Assembly (NCBI GenBank): GCA_014905635.1
Contig: CM026547.1
Coordinates: 558,001-622,000, forward strand
Length of the DNA stretch: 64,000 nt
From: Scenedesmus sp. PABB004
Taxonomy: Eukaryota
Direction: 5' to 3'
This document shows positions 47,005 through 58,799 of this stretch, piece by piece. The translations under genes and the position numbers were made by a program. Within the stretch, counting starts at the first letter, position 1; each line of letters begins with the position of its first letter. Below the pieces are notes generated by a model. The model was given only the letters and a program-made list of their open reading frames with translations. It had not been told where the DNA came from and did not search any database.

Positions 47005-47943
47005 ATGCTTCCCGCCACGCTCACCGCCTCGCTGCTGCGCGCCGGCGCAGCGCCCGCTGCTGCGCCCGCCGCCGCGGCCGCGCGCCGCGCCTTCGCAGAC
47101 GGCGGGCCCTCGCTGCGCGACCAGGCGCGCGACGCCAAGGAGGGCGTCAAGGAGGCCGCGGGTGGGCGCTCCACGGGCGCGCGGGCAGCGCCGCGGCGCC
47201 GGCGCCGCTCGCGCGCGACCGGCACCGACGAGTCGCAGCCGTCCGTCGTCGAGAAGATGCGCGAGGGCGACCGCGCCCGCCGCGATCGCCGCCGCAGCGC
47301 GCGCGACCGGCACCGACGAGGCGCAGCCGTCCGTGGTCGAGAAGATGCGCGAGGGCGTGGGTGCGCGGCGCGGCGCGAGCGCCGCGCCGCGGCAGCACGC
47401 CGCCGCTGAGCCCGCGCGGCGCGGGCTGCGCCCCGCCCGCGCGCCGCGCGCGCGCAGGCAAGGTGACGGAGCGGCTGGGCGAGATGTTCAAGGACGACGG
47501 CGCGGTGGGCAAGCAGTTCACACCCGAGGGCAGCGTGGGTGAGGCAGGCGGCGGCGGCGCTGCGACAGCCGCGAGCGCCATCGCCCGCCGTGGTGAAGGT
47601 CGCCCGCCGCCTGCCCGCCCGGCCGCAGGCGGCACCGCGCAGGAGGTGGGCGGGCCGCTGGACAAGGAGGGGCCCGTCGGGCACGCCTTCACGAGCGAGG
47701 GCGCGGTCGGTGAGGCCTGGGCCGGCCGCGCGCGCGGCCCGCGCTGCCGCCACTGCCGCCGGCGCGGCCAGCGCAGCCCGCCCCGCGCGCGCGCGCTGCA
47801 CGGCAGGCGGCAACGTTGAGCGCGCGGCCGAGGCCCTGGACGAGAAGGGCGAGCGCATGCAGCAAAAGGCACAGCAGAACCAGGGCAAGGCGCAGGAGGC
47901 GGACGCCGGCCTCGGCCAGGCGCCGCGCGGCGGCAAGCTGTGA
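47005..47943 (+). CDS. Small hydrophilic LEA-like/stress protein with probable mitochondrial presequence; 5 exons
   Basis: MLPATLTASLLRAGAA..ARRAF|AD presequence-like start; K/E/Q-rich helices; twofold motif FKDDGAVGKQFTPEGSVGG / LDKEGPVGHAFTSEGAVGG; phase-1 introns splice consistently; stop 47943. Confidence 0.65.
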
Positions 47944-48114
47944 GCTCAGCTCTCGAGGCGCGCCGCCCGGGGCGGGGCGGAGAGGGGCTGGGGTCCGCGG
48001 CGCCGGCGGGCCGGCCGCGCCGGCCGCGCTGAGGCTGCTCGGCGCGAGTTGGCTGCGGTGCGCGCGAGTTGCAAGTTACTTGCAGCGTGCGCCCGTGCGC
48101 CGCCTCGCACGCCC

Positions 48115-51100
48115 TCACTTGGGCGGCACCGCAAAGCTCATGCGGAGCTGGATGGCTGGCTTGTGCGCGCCAGCTCCGGCGCCGGCGCCGGGTGGAGGCG
48201 CGAGTCCGCCGCCCGCCGGCGGGCCAGCCTGCGCCGCCGCCGCGGCGCCGGCCTGCTCGCGCAGCGCGGCCTGCAGGCGCGCCTTGCTCGCCGCCGGCAG
48301 CGCCGCGACGGCGGCGCGGAACGCGGCGGACGCGGCCGACGCGGGCATCGCCGACACGAGGCGGCACGCCATGTCGCGCAGCAGCGGCGTCCCGGGCGAC
48401 CCGGGCGGCGGGCTCGCGGCCTCCACCAGCAGCGGCACCAGCACCCGCATCACCGCGACCTGGCGGCGGCGCGCGCGGCGCGTCAGCTGATCGGCCGCGC
48501 GGCGAGAGAGCAGCCCGCGCGGCCACGCGCGCCCGCCCGCCCGAGCGCCCCCACCTGCGCCGCCTCGCCCTGCGCCGCCGTGCGGGTGGAGAGCAGCAGC
48601 AGCACCTTGAGCGCCTCGGTCACCGCCGCCAGCGTGGCGCCCGCGAGCGGCCCGGCGCCGCAGCTCAACGCGGCGTGCGCGAGAGCCGCAGCCTGCGTGC
48701 GCACGCGCACAGCAGGCGGCCGCGGGCGGTCAGCGGCCGCCGCCTGCGCCAGCGCTGGCGCCCGCGGCCGCGCTCGCGCACGTGCACCCACCTGAGGCAC
48801 GACCGCGGCGGTCACCAGCTGCGCCAGCGCGGCCCTGCCCGCCTGCTGCTGCGCTGCGTCGTCCTGCAGCAGCGACCGCACAGCCTCCAGCACCTTGCAC
48901 GCCACGAGCGCGGGCCCCTCGGCCTCGGCCGCACCGCCCGGGCGGTGCTGCTGCAGGGCCCAGAGCAGCACCCCGCAGCACTGCTGCGCCGCGGCGGGCG
49001 ACGCCGCTGCGCCGTCCGCGGCGCAGCAGCTGGCGGCCGCGGCGAGCAGCGCCGCCAGCAGCGCGGGGAGCCGCGCCGCCGCGTCAGCTATCGCCGGCTG
49101 CCCGCGAGCGCTGCCGCACACCTGCACAGCCGCCGCCGCCGCCGCCGCGCACAGCGCCTCGCACGCGGGCGCGGCCGCCGGCTGCTGCTGCTGGCCGGCA
49201 GCAGCAGCGCCGGCGGCAGCGGCAGACCAGCAGCTGTCCAGCAGCGCCTGCGCGGCTGCCAGCTGCGCGCCGGGCGCCGCCGTCAGCAGCAGCCGCAGCC
49301 CCAGGCCGCTGAGCGCGGGCAGCAGCGTCGCGAACTGCTCCGCACGCGCCGCCTGGAGCAGGCTGCTGCCCGCCAGGCACAGGCTGCTGCAGGCCGCGAC
49401 CACCGGCCCGGTCGGCTCTGCCGAGGCAAGCTGCGCGCTGCTGCTGGGGGCGCCCCCGCTGGCGGCGGCGGCGCCTGCCGCGGCCCGCTGCCGCCGCGCG
49501 CCGGCCGGCAGCACCACAGCGCCGCGCGCCTCGAACGGCGCGGCCACACTGCTGAGCGCCAGCAGCGCCTCGAGCAGCTCTGCCGCGCCGCCACCCTGGT
49601 CCGCTGCGCCGCCGCCCCCGCTGCCGGCTGCAGCGTGCAGGCCGGCCGCCAGCGCCTGGCACTGGTCCGCGGCCGCCGTCAGCAGCAGGCCAAACGCCCG
49701 GTCGGCCGCCGCCGCGTGCGCGTCCGCGTCGGCGTCGCCGCTGCGCAGCGCCGGGGGCGCGCCCGCGCCGAGGCTGAGCGCGGCGACGCCCGCCGCGGCC
49801 TGCTGCGCCTCCTCCTGCTGCTGCAGCCGGAGGCGCTGCCACGGCGCCAGCACCTCGAGTGCGAGCGCGCTGAGGCGGCCGGCGACCTCCTGGACTGTGC
49901 CCGGGGGCGCCAGGCCGGCCTCAAAGTGCTGCCGGCTCAGGAGCAACTGCAGCGCCTGCAGCGCGACCGCCGCGCGCTGCGCCGCCGCCACCGCCGCGCG
50001 CCCGCCCCACGCGGGCGGGGCGCGCACGCGCGCGCGGCGGGGCGGGCTGCCGCCGTCCCCCGCGTCGCCGCCCGCGAGCGCCGCGCCGCACGCCGCCGCC
50101 GCGTCGCACAGGAGCATGGAGCTTATGTCGACCAGGGCGGCGTGCATCGCGCCGCACTGCAGCTGCAGCTGGCGTGCAAACACGTCTCCGCGTGGCAGCC
50201 CCGCGCCGCTGCTGACCTGGCCCACAAAGGCAGCCCAGGCATCGTGGTGCAGCGCCGGCGGCGCGACGCGCGGCGCGCCGCCGCCGCCGCCGCCACCGCC
50301 GGGGGCTGCTGCTGCTCCCCGCTCGCGCGCGCCACCGCGGCGGCGAGCTCCGCCGGCGGCGGCAGGCCGCTCGCGAGCGCGACGAGCACCGCAGGCCAGG
50401 CCGCCGCGAACGTGCCCTGCACGGCGTCGACGATCTCGGGGTGCGAGTCGCCAAACAGCAGGCTCTTGTGGCCGGCGAGGACGCCCGGCAGCGGGCTGCT
50501 AAACGCCGCGCAGTCGAGCAGCAGGCCCCACCAGAGCAGCAGGAGCAAGTCGCGGTGCGGCGCCTGCGCGGTCGCGACGATGTCCCGGCACAGCGCGCCG
50601 GCGCGGGCGCCGGCGCCGCCGGGGTGGCTCGCGCGGTGGCCGCCGCCGTCGCCGCTGCTCGCAGCGAGCGCGGACGCGAGATTGGCGCACTGCGCGTGCG
50701 CCTGCAGCAGCGCCACGCGCGCGCGCACGCCGACCGCCTCGGCGTGCCCGCCGTACAGCAGGCCGGCCCAGCCCTGCAGCGGCGCGGCCAGCAGGCCCAT
50801 GAGCCGCCGCATGACCGCGCCATCGCCGGCAGCGAGCCCCGCGCCGAGGAAAGACGTCGCGAGCGCGCCGCCGGCGACCGCGAGCGCCGGCGCGGCGCCG
50901 GGCGCGAGCGCGGCGCGCAGCGCGGCGACAAACTGGGCCTGGTACTGCTCGAGCAGCAGCATGCCGGGGACGTCGGGGTCGGGCACCGACCCAAACGCGC
51001 GCAGCACGCCACGCAGCAGCTGCGCGCCCGCGGGGCGCAGCGCCTCGGCGGGGCCGGTGGTGAGCTTGAAGCCCAGGTCAATCAGCGGCTGCAGGTGCCC

Positions 51101-54100
51101 GACCAGCACGTCTGCGCGGCAGCGGCGGCGGCAGCGGCGGGGCGGCGGTGAGCCGCGGCGGCCGGTGAAACACAGTCCCGTGCGCGCGCGCGCAGCAGCG
51201 CGCCGCCTGCGCCAGGGCGCCGCGCGGGCGCCCTGCCTCACCCTGCGGCTCGCCGGCCGCGGGCGCCAGCGGCGCTCCGTGCTCGTCGTACTTGGGCCAC
51301 GGGAAGCGGTGGGCGGGGTCGGGGCCCACCGCCGCAAACAGGCCCAGCAGCAGCTCCGCCGCAAACAGCCGCGTGCGCAGCCGCGGCGTGGGCGGCAGCC
51401 GCACGGCAGACGCGGCGGCAGCGGCCGCCGCGGCCGCCGCCGCGCCGCCCGGCCCGGCCGCGGGCTGCCCCGGCGACGCCGGCGTGCCGCTGCCAGCGCT
51501 GCTGCCGCCGGCGGGGGCCTGCGCCGGCGGCTGCGCCGGCCCGTCCTCGTCGTCGTCGTCAGCGACGTCTGCTCGAATGGCTGCGCGGGGCGGCGGTGGC
51601 AGGGCAGGCGGTTCGGCGCGGGCGCACGCACGGTGGAGCTCGGTGGCAGGCCAGCACCGTGCGCGCAGCCGGGCCGCCGCACCTGTGCCGCCCTGGCCCG
51701 CGGGCGGCGCACCCGCCGCAGCAGGCCCCGCCGCGAGCGCCACGCCCCCGAGCAGGCGCAGCCAGTAGCCTGGGCGGCTGGGTGCCGAGGTCGTGAGCAG
51801 CGCGGCGAGCGTGGCGCGGATGGCGGCGCTGGTGCTGGCCTCGCTCTCGCCGTCCAGCGCGGCCAGGAGGGACACCTCGATGGAGGCCTGCTAGCAGCGG
51901 CGGCGGCGGGCGACGATCAGCAGCGCGCGCGAAGCACGGCCAAGCCCCAGGACCCGGCCTGCCAGCATCGCCGGCGAGCGCACGCGGCACCTCTGCCAGC
52001 CCGGGGGCGTCGCGCTCCGCCAAGTGCCGCAGCGTGGCCGCCGCCGCGCGGCGCAGCGCGGGTCGGCTGCTGGTGAGCGTGAGCAGCAGGAGCGGCAGGT
52101 GCTTGGCCGCCGGCACCGCGCGCGGGGCGAACAGGATGAGCTGCTGCGCGAACAGCACCTGCAGCGGCGTCATCCGGGGCGCGGCGGCGCGCGTGGGCAG
52201 CGGGCAGCGAGGGGCTGTGCGCGGCGGCGGCGCGCGCCGGCCAGCTCTGCGCACCTGCTCCAGCTCCGCCCACGTCGCGGTCAGCGCGCGCTGCCCGTCC
52301 GCCGCGCCGGCCGGCGCCGCGGGCGCCTCTGCGGCGCCGCCGCGGCGGCGGGCCCGCTGCTGCTGGCGGTGAAGTCGGTGACGAGCACCAGCGCCTTGCA
52401 GCGGTCGTACGCCGCCGAGCCCAGCGTGAACTCGGAGCCCAGCACGGCGATCATGGCGTTGGCCAGCCGCGCGGCGGCGGGTTGCAGCAGCGGGTGCTCG
52501 CCAAACGAGCTCACCTGCGCGCACGGTTTACGAGGCGGCGGCGGCAGCGCGTGGGGCCCCCAACCGCCGCCGCCGGACCGAGCGAGCCGCGCCGCTCGCC
52601 CGCGCGCGGCCGGCAGGCGCCTGGCTGCGCCGCACCAGCAGCTCCAGCGCGAGCTGCAGGCTCGGTTTCACGTGCGCCGCGTAGCCCGGGCCTGCGGCGC
52701 TGGCCACGAGCCACAGCCCGTGCAGCGCCCAGATGTGCGCCACACCCACGGGCCGGCTGGCCACCGCCACCAGCGCCTCCACGCTCGCCGCGACCGTGGG
52801 CTGCAGCGCCGCGCCGCCCTTGGCGCGATACACGCAGCCAAGCACGAGGCACAGCACCGCCCTGCGGCGCAGCGCGAGGGCTCGGCGCCCCGGCGGCGGT
52901 GGGGCGGGCCGCGGCTGGCACGCGCGACGCGGGCCCACCTCAGCTCCGCGCTCCCGCCGGCGCCGGCGCCGTCCGCGGCGCCGCCCGAGCTGCTGCCGCC
53001 AGACGCCTCTGACATCATGGCCAGCAGCTGGCAGGCGATGGCCTTGACCTGGCGGCAACGACAGCCGCAGCAGGGGGGAGCCTCGGCACGCGTCGGCAGC
53101 GGGCGCCGCGGGCCTGCGCGGCGGCGCGCCGCACCTGGCCGAGCGCGAGGGCGGTGCTGCCGATGGCGGTGGCGGCGGCCATCATCTCCGCCCCCGCGCG
53201 CGCGAGGCAGGGGTCTGCGACCTGCTCCTCCAGCAGGCACGACGCGAGCTGCAGCGCCTTCTCTGCCACCTTGTCAGAGCCGCCCTCCCCCCGCAGCGCG
53301 CGCTTGGCGAGCGGGCCCAGCCCGGCGAGGCCCGCGAGCGCGACGGCGGTGCAGTTGGCGGCGCGCTGGCGCGCCGCGGCCGCGCGCCCGGCGGCCGCCG
53401 CGAGCGGCGCAAAGGCCTTGAGGCTGACGGCGCCCAGCATGACCTCGAGGACCTGCAGCTGCGTGCCGCCCGGCGCCGCCGCCAGGAGCTTGCCCAGGAG
53501 CCAGAGCTGCGCCTCCAGCAGCGCCGGGGCCAGGGCGTATGGCTGGGGGTATGGCATGAACCGCCGCCGCAGCCGCACGCCGTCCACGCCGCGCCGCCGC
53601 TCCGCGCCCGCCGCCAGCTGCGGCGCCGCGGGCGCGCCGGCGCCGCCGGCGCTCGAGGCGTCGCCCGCCAGCGCGCCCAGCGGCGCGCCGCCGCCGGACG
53701 CCGCGGCCGCCGCCGCGGCCGCCGTCGCGGCAGCGTCGTCGGCGCTCGCGTCGGCGTCGCCGTCGTCCGGCGGCAGCAGGGCCTGGCTGTAGGCAATGAA
53801 GCCCTCCGTGAACGCGGCGCCCACCTCCCAGGGGTGCTGCTGCGGCCCGCCGCGCTCGCCTGCGCGGTGGCGGCGGCGGCGGCGGTCGGGCGCGGCATGC
53901 AGGGCGCGGCGCGGCTCGCCGCCGGCGGGCGGGCGCCCAGCCAGCCGCTGGCGCCTGCGCGGCGGCCGGCCCCGCCGCCGCCGCCGCTGGGCTCACCCAC
54001 AAACGTGCGCAGCTCATCCTCCAGCATGTCCCGCCCGGGCAGCCAGGGCCCCAGCAGCGCGTCCTGGCTGTTGAGCACGTGCTTGAGGCTGCTCGCCGCC

Positions 54101-57100
54101 ACGCTCGCCGCCGCCTCTGCACAGGGGAGCAGGCGGCGCGTCAGCGTCGGCCGCGCCGGCGCGCGGCGCGGCGCGGGGCGGGGCGGGCGCGGGCGCCGCC
54201 GCCGCGGCGCACCCGGGCTGACGCGCGAGCCGCCGGCGGCCATGAGCTGCCGGCAGCACAGCTGCAGCAGCTGCGAGTGGCAGTCCGCCCACAGCGCCGG
54301 CGCCGGCAGGAAGAAAAAGGCCTCCACCAGGCGCAGCTGCAGCAGCGCCGCCGCCGCAGACGCGACGGGGCTCGCAAAGCAGCCTGGCAGCGCGGCGCCC
54401 GCGCCCGCGCCCGAGCCGGCGGCGGCGGGCGCGGGCGGCGCCGCGCCATTGGCTGCGCCGCCGGGCGGCGGCGCCGGCGCCACGGCGCTCGGGCTGGGCG
54501 CTGCCGGGTCCGCCAGCTGCGGCACCTGGCACACCACCTCCAGCAGCGGCCGCAGCATGGCCCCGATACGGCGCACCTGCGGCGGCCGGGGGCGGCGGCG
54601 GGCGCCACAGGGCGTCACGCGCGCGCGCGCGGCGCAGCGCCTTGCACGCGGTGCTGCCGCGCGCGGCGCGGCCGCCGCGCCTGCGCCCCGCACCTGCGCC
54701 TCGGGGTCCTCGGCAAAGCCCTTGCCCATCACGCCCAGGACGTAAGCGCTCAGCGCCTGCAGCGCGGCCGCGCGCCACCACGCCGCGACGGCGAGCTCCT
54801 GCTCGGCGTCCGCGCGGCTGACCGCGCCGCCGCCCTGCCCCGGCGACGGCGGCGCGGGGGACGCCCTGCCGCCGGCGCCGTCGGCCGCCGCGCTGCCGGC
54901 GGGCGGCTGGCCCGCCGCCGCAGCGACGCAGCCCGCGAGCGCGTCGGCCGCGCCCCGCCCCAGCGCGACGGCAAGCAGGTCCAGCAGCTGCGCCTGCTTC
55001 TCGCGCCCCGCCAGCAGGCCCGGCGGCGCGGCGGCGCACATGGCGGCCAGCAGCATGTACCCCGCCTCGCGCTCGGCGGCCACCGCCCAGGGGCAGCTGA
55101 GGGCGGGCGGCACGGCGGGGCAGCGCGCGGGCCGCGGCGGTCGGTCGGTCGGTCAGGGGGCGGGCGCAGCCGTCGCCGCAAGCTGGTCGCGCCAGGGGCC
55201 TCTCTGCACGCCCCCGCACCTGCAGTAGGGCTGGCTGATCATGCGCTTGGCGATCCAGAACACGCTGCGCGTGAGCCGGCTGGGCGCGCCCAGCGCGGAG
55301 CGCGCCGCCGCGACGAGCAGCGCGCCCACGGCGAGGGCGTTGCCGTGCAGGCCATCGATGCAGTGCTTGGTCTGGCTGTCGGGCGCGCCGCGCGGCGTGC
55401 CTGCGCGGCGGGCGGGCGGCGCGCGGCGGGCGGCGCGCCGTCGGCAGCGAGCGCGGCGGGGCGGACGAGGTGAGGGCTGCGCCGCCACCGCCGCGCACCC
55501 GGGGAGCCGCCGGGCGCGCCGGCGGCGCCGCTCGCGCTGTGCCCCAGCGCGCGGGGCTTGGTGTAGGGCGCGGCCAGCAGCATGAGCTGCTGGCAGAACG
55601 TCTCCACGCCCTCCAGGCACTCGCCAAACAGGCGCGCGAGGAGCGGCGGGCTGCTCAGCGCCAGCGCCGCGAGCACCGCGGCGGCCTGGTGGCGCACGGC
55701 CTGCGGCGGCGCCGGCGGCGGCGGCGGGCGCGCGATCGTGCCGGCGTCAAGGCGCGCAGCGCCGGCCAGACGGCCGGCCAGCCGCCGACAGGGGCCCACG
55801 CCGGCGCGCGCCGCACGCCGGACCCGCACCGTGCTGCTGGCCGACAGTTTGCTCATCGCTGCGTTCTCCACGCCGCGAATGGCCCCCTCGTCATGCAGCT
55901 CGCCTGGCAGCGGGGCGGCGCAGCGCCCGTGGGCGCGCGCGCGGGAGCGGCACGCCGCCGGCCTCGCTCTCCGCGCGGACGCGCCGCGGCGCGCACCCAG
56001 CTGCTCCAGGAGCAGGCCGCAGCCCTCCATGGCGGCGAGGATGACGGGCGGCGCGATGGCGTGGCTCGTCGCGGTGGCGAGCGCCGCCAGCAGCGCGCGC
56101 TGCGCCGGCTCGTGCAGGCGCCGGATCACGCCGGCTCGTAGGAAATAGATCACCGCAGCGGTGGCGCCCGGCATCTCGCCGCCTGCGGCGGGCGCGCCCG
56201 GCGCGCGTCGCTGGGCCGGGCGAGCGCAGGCATCGCTGCCGCCGCGCCGGCGCGCCCGCGCGCCGCGCCGCGCACCCGCCAGGCAGGCGCCGAGGTTGCT
56301 GTGGGCGGCCTGCGCGTCGGGCGGGGGCGCGCCCCGCGCCGCCGCCTCCTTGCTGGCAGCCTCGAGCATGGCGACCGCGGAGAGGGCGAGCTCGATGAGC
56401 GCGTCGGCCCCCGCGCTCCCGGCAGCGAGGCCGGCGGCGTACGACGTCCAGCCCAGCGCCAGCGCGGTGCACACGTCCTGCGCGCGGGCAGGGCGGCGGG
56501 CGGCGTGAGTCTGCGCGGTGGGGCTGCCGTGGGCAGGCGCCGGCTGCGGCGGCGGTGCGCCGCGGCCGCGCCGCAACGCGCGCGCGCCTGGTCGCCCGCG
56601 ACTGCGGCCGCCACGAAGGGCGCCACCAGCGTCGCGCGGAAGACCCCGCCCGCAGCCTTTTCGAGCTGCGCCCGCTTGGCGGGCTTCTTCTCCGCGGCGA
56701 GCGCCGCCACCAGCGCAGGGCTGCCCGCGCGGCTCGCGGCTGCCAGGTCGGCGAGCGCCAGCGCAAAGGCCTCGCGCGCGGAGGGCTGCGGGCGCGGCGG
56801 CGGCCGGGCGGCGCGCGGCGCTGAGCTGGGCGCCGTGGCCGCCGGCCCGGGCGCCGCCGCCGCGGGCGCCGCGCGGCGGGTCCCACCGTGCCGGCCTCCT
56901 CCAGGCCCGCCAGCAGCAGCCGGACGGCCTCCTCGGCATAGTAGCTGCCAGACGCCCACAGCGCCGCGCCGCCGCCGCGGCACATCGCCCCGAGCAGGCC
57001 CGCCGCCGCGGCGCGCAGCGCCTCCTCGCTCGCCTTGTCCTGCACGGCGAGCGCGGCGCGCCGCGTCGGCGGCGCCGCACTGCCGCGGGCGCTGTCGCTG

Positions 57101-58101
57101 CCGCAGGCGCTGCGCATCGATCGCTCGTAGCGCAGCCGGCGCCGCACCTTGACCTGTTTCTCAAACAGCTTCCACGCCTCTGCCTGGACAAGCGGCGCGT
57201 TGCGGTCCAGCTGCGGCAGGCCCTCGACCACGGCGCGCGCGAGGCGCAGCCCCGCGGCCTTGGTCGCGGCGCTGCTGCCCTTGGCGAGCGCCCTGCGCCG
57301 CGGCGGCGGCGGCGGCGGCGGCGGTCGGCGGCCGCAGCGCGCCGCGTGGACCCACGCCGCCGCGCCGCGCCGCACTTTGTTGCGATGGCCATGGACTCGA
57401 CGCTGCTGGACGCCAGGAAGCGCCCGAGGTCGCCCGCGAGGTGGGCGAGCAGGTCCATCACGCCCAGGCGCACCGACTGCGGCGGCAGGCGCGGAAGCGC
57501 GGTCGGTCACCGCTGTGCCGCGGCGGCGGCGGCAGCGGCGCCGCGCACGCGCCCGCGCCGGGCGCAGGGAGCCCGCACCTCGGGCGCCGTGCTGCCGCGG
57601 TCCTGCAGGAGCGCCTGCAGCGCGTTGACGCGCGAGAAGAGCGGCAGCAGGTCGCCCGCCGCGTACAGCTTGCACAGGCACAGCGCCACGAGGCCGCGCA
57701 CCTGGGCGGCACGCGCGCGGCGGCGGCGGCGTTGGGTGGCTGCCGCGCGGCACGCCCGCGCGGCGCCGCCAACCGACCACGGCGGACAGCGCGCGCTGCC
57801 CGCGCCCGCGCCGCGCCGCGCGCCGCCGCGCATCGCGGGCGCGCACCACGCCGCAGGCGCCCTTGTGTATGATGTCGTAGAGCGCGGCCTCGCAGCGCTT
57901 CTGGTGCTGCCGGAGCAGCGCCGGCGGTGCGGTGGTGATGGCGGCCTGCAGCTTCTGCAGCAGCGCCAGCAGCGCGCCCTGGTCGGGCCGGCGGTCCCGG
58001 GCGGTGCCCAGGACCAGCTCCAGCTCCGCCACGAACACGCCGAAGCCCAGGCAGTCCTCCTCGTCGTAAAAGACGCCCGGCGGGCCGCCGCCGTGCGCCA
58101 T
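48115..58101 (-). CDS. HEATR5: HEAT repeat-containing protein 5 (HEATR5 / plant SWEETIE / yeast Laa1 family), AP-1 trafficking cofactor; multi-exon
   Basis: N-terminus FGVFVAELELV..LLQKL..HQKRCEAAL..VRGLVALCLCKLYAAGDLLPLFSRVNALQ; LHGNALAV; AEREAGYMLL; LLGPWLPGRDMLEDELRTF; HIWALHGL; NAMIAVLGSEF; FAQQLILFAP; LRHLAERD; PRLRTRLFAAE; VPDPDVPGMLLLEQYQAQ. These are characteristic HEATR5/SWEETIE blocks in the expected order. Confidence 0.9.
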
Positions 58102-58799
58102 GGCGGGGCCCGGAAGGGGCGCGCCCAGCCCCCGATCGCGTGCCCAGCCGCTGCGGGGCGGCGCTCACGCCGCCGCGCCGCGCCGCGCCGCGCCGCAGCA
58201 GCAGCGCGGGTGCCGCCGGCGCGCCATGCGTCCGCGCGGCGTGTGTGGCTCGGCACCGACGCGGGGGCGCGCTAGTGCACGGGCCAGGCCGCGATCGGAT
58301 CCAGCGCGGTCGACGGGGGCGCGGGCGCGGCGGGTCTTGCGCTCGCACAACCGCTGTCGGACGGTGCAGCGTGCCACAGCGCCCCGGCTATCCCCCGCCG
58401 CTGCTGCCCGGCCACAGTCCACCCGGCACCGCCTCCCCCTGCCACGGCCACGCCAGTCACCGGCGGCAGCAGCGTTCTCCGCGACCGCGCCGCCGCCGTC
58501 GCCGCCGCGAGCAGCCAGCCCAGCAGCGGACGGGACGAGCGCGCCTCTCGCGCCTCAGCGCGTGGGAGCAGGCACAGGGCGCGCAGGTGCGGCGCGGGGC
58601 CGGGAGCGCAGCGCAGGCCCGCGCTGTTGCCGGCCTGCCGCGCAGCGCGGGCTCCCAGCTCTGCTGGGCCCCCCATCATCAGCAGCGCTCGGGCTCCGTG
58701 TCGCTCGCGACGGCGACTCGGCCAGGCGCTGCCGCGCGGCGAGACTTCTCGGCTGCCGCCGACTCCGCCGCCGCCCCACGCGCGCCGCAGGCCGCCGGC

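Noticed and set aside
48069..52076. 1335-aa plus-strand ORF
   Set aside because: Antisense shadow of HEATR5; Arg/Ala/Pro low complexity caused by extreme GC and scarce stop codons.
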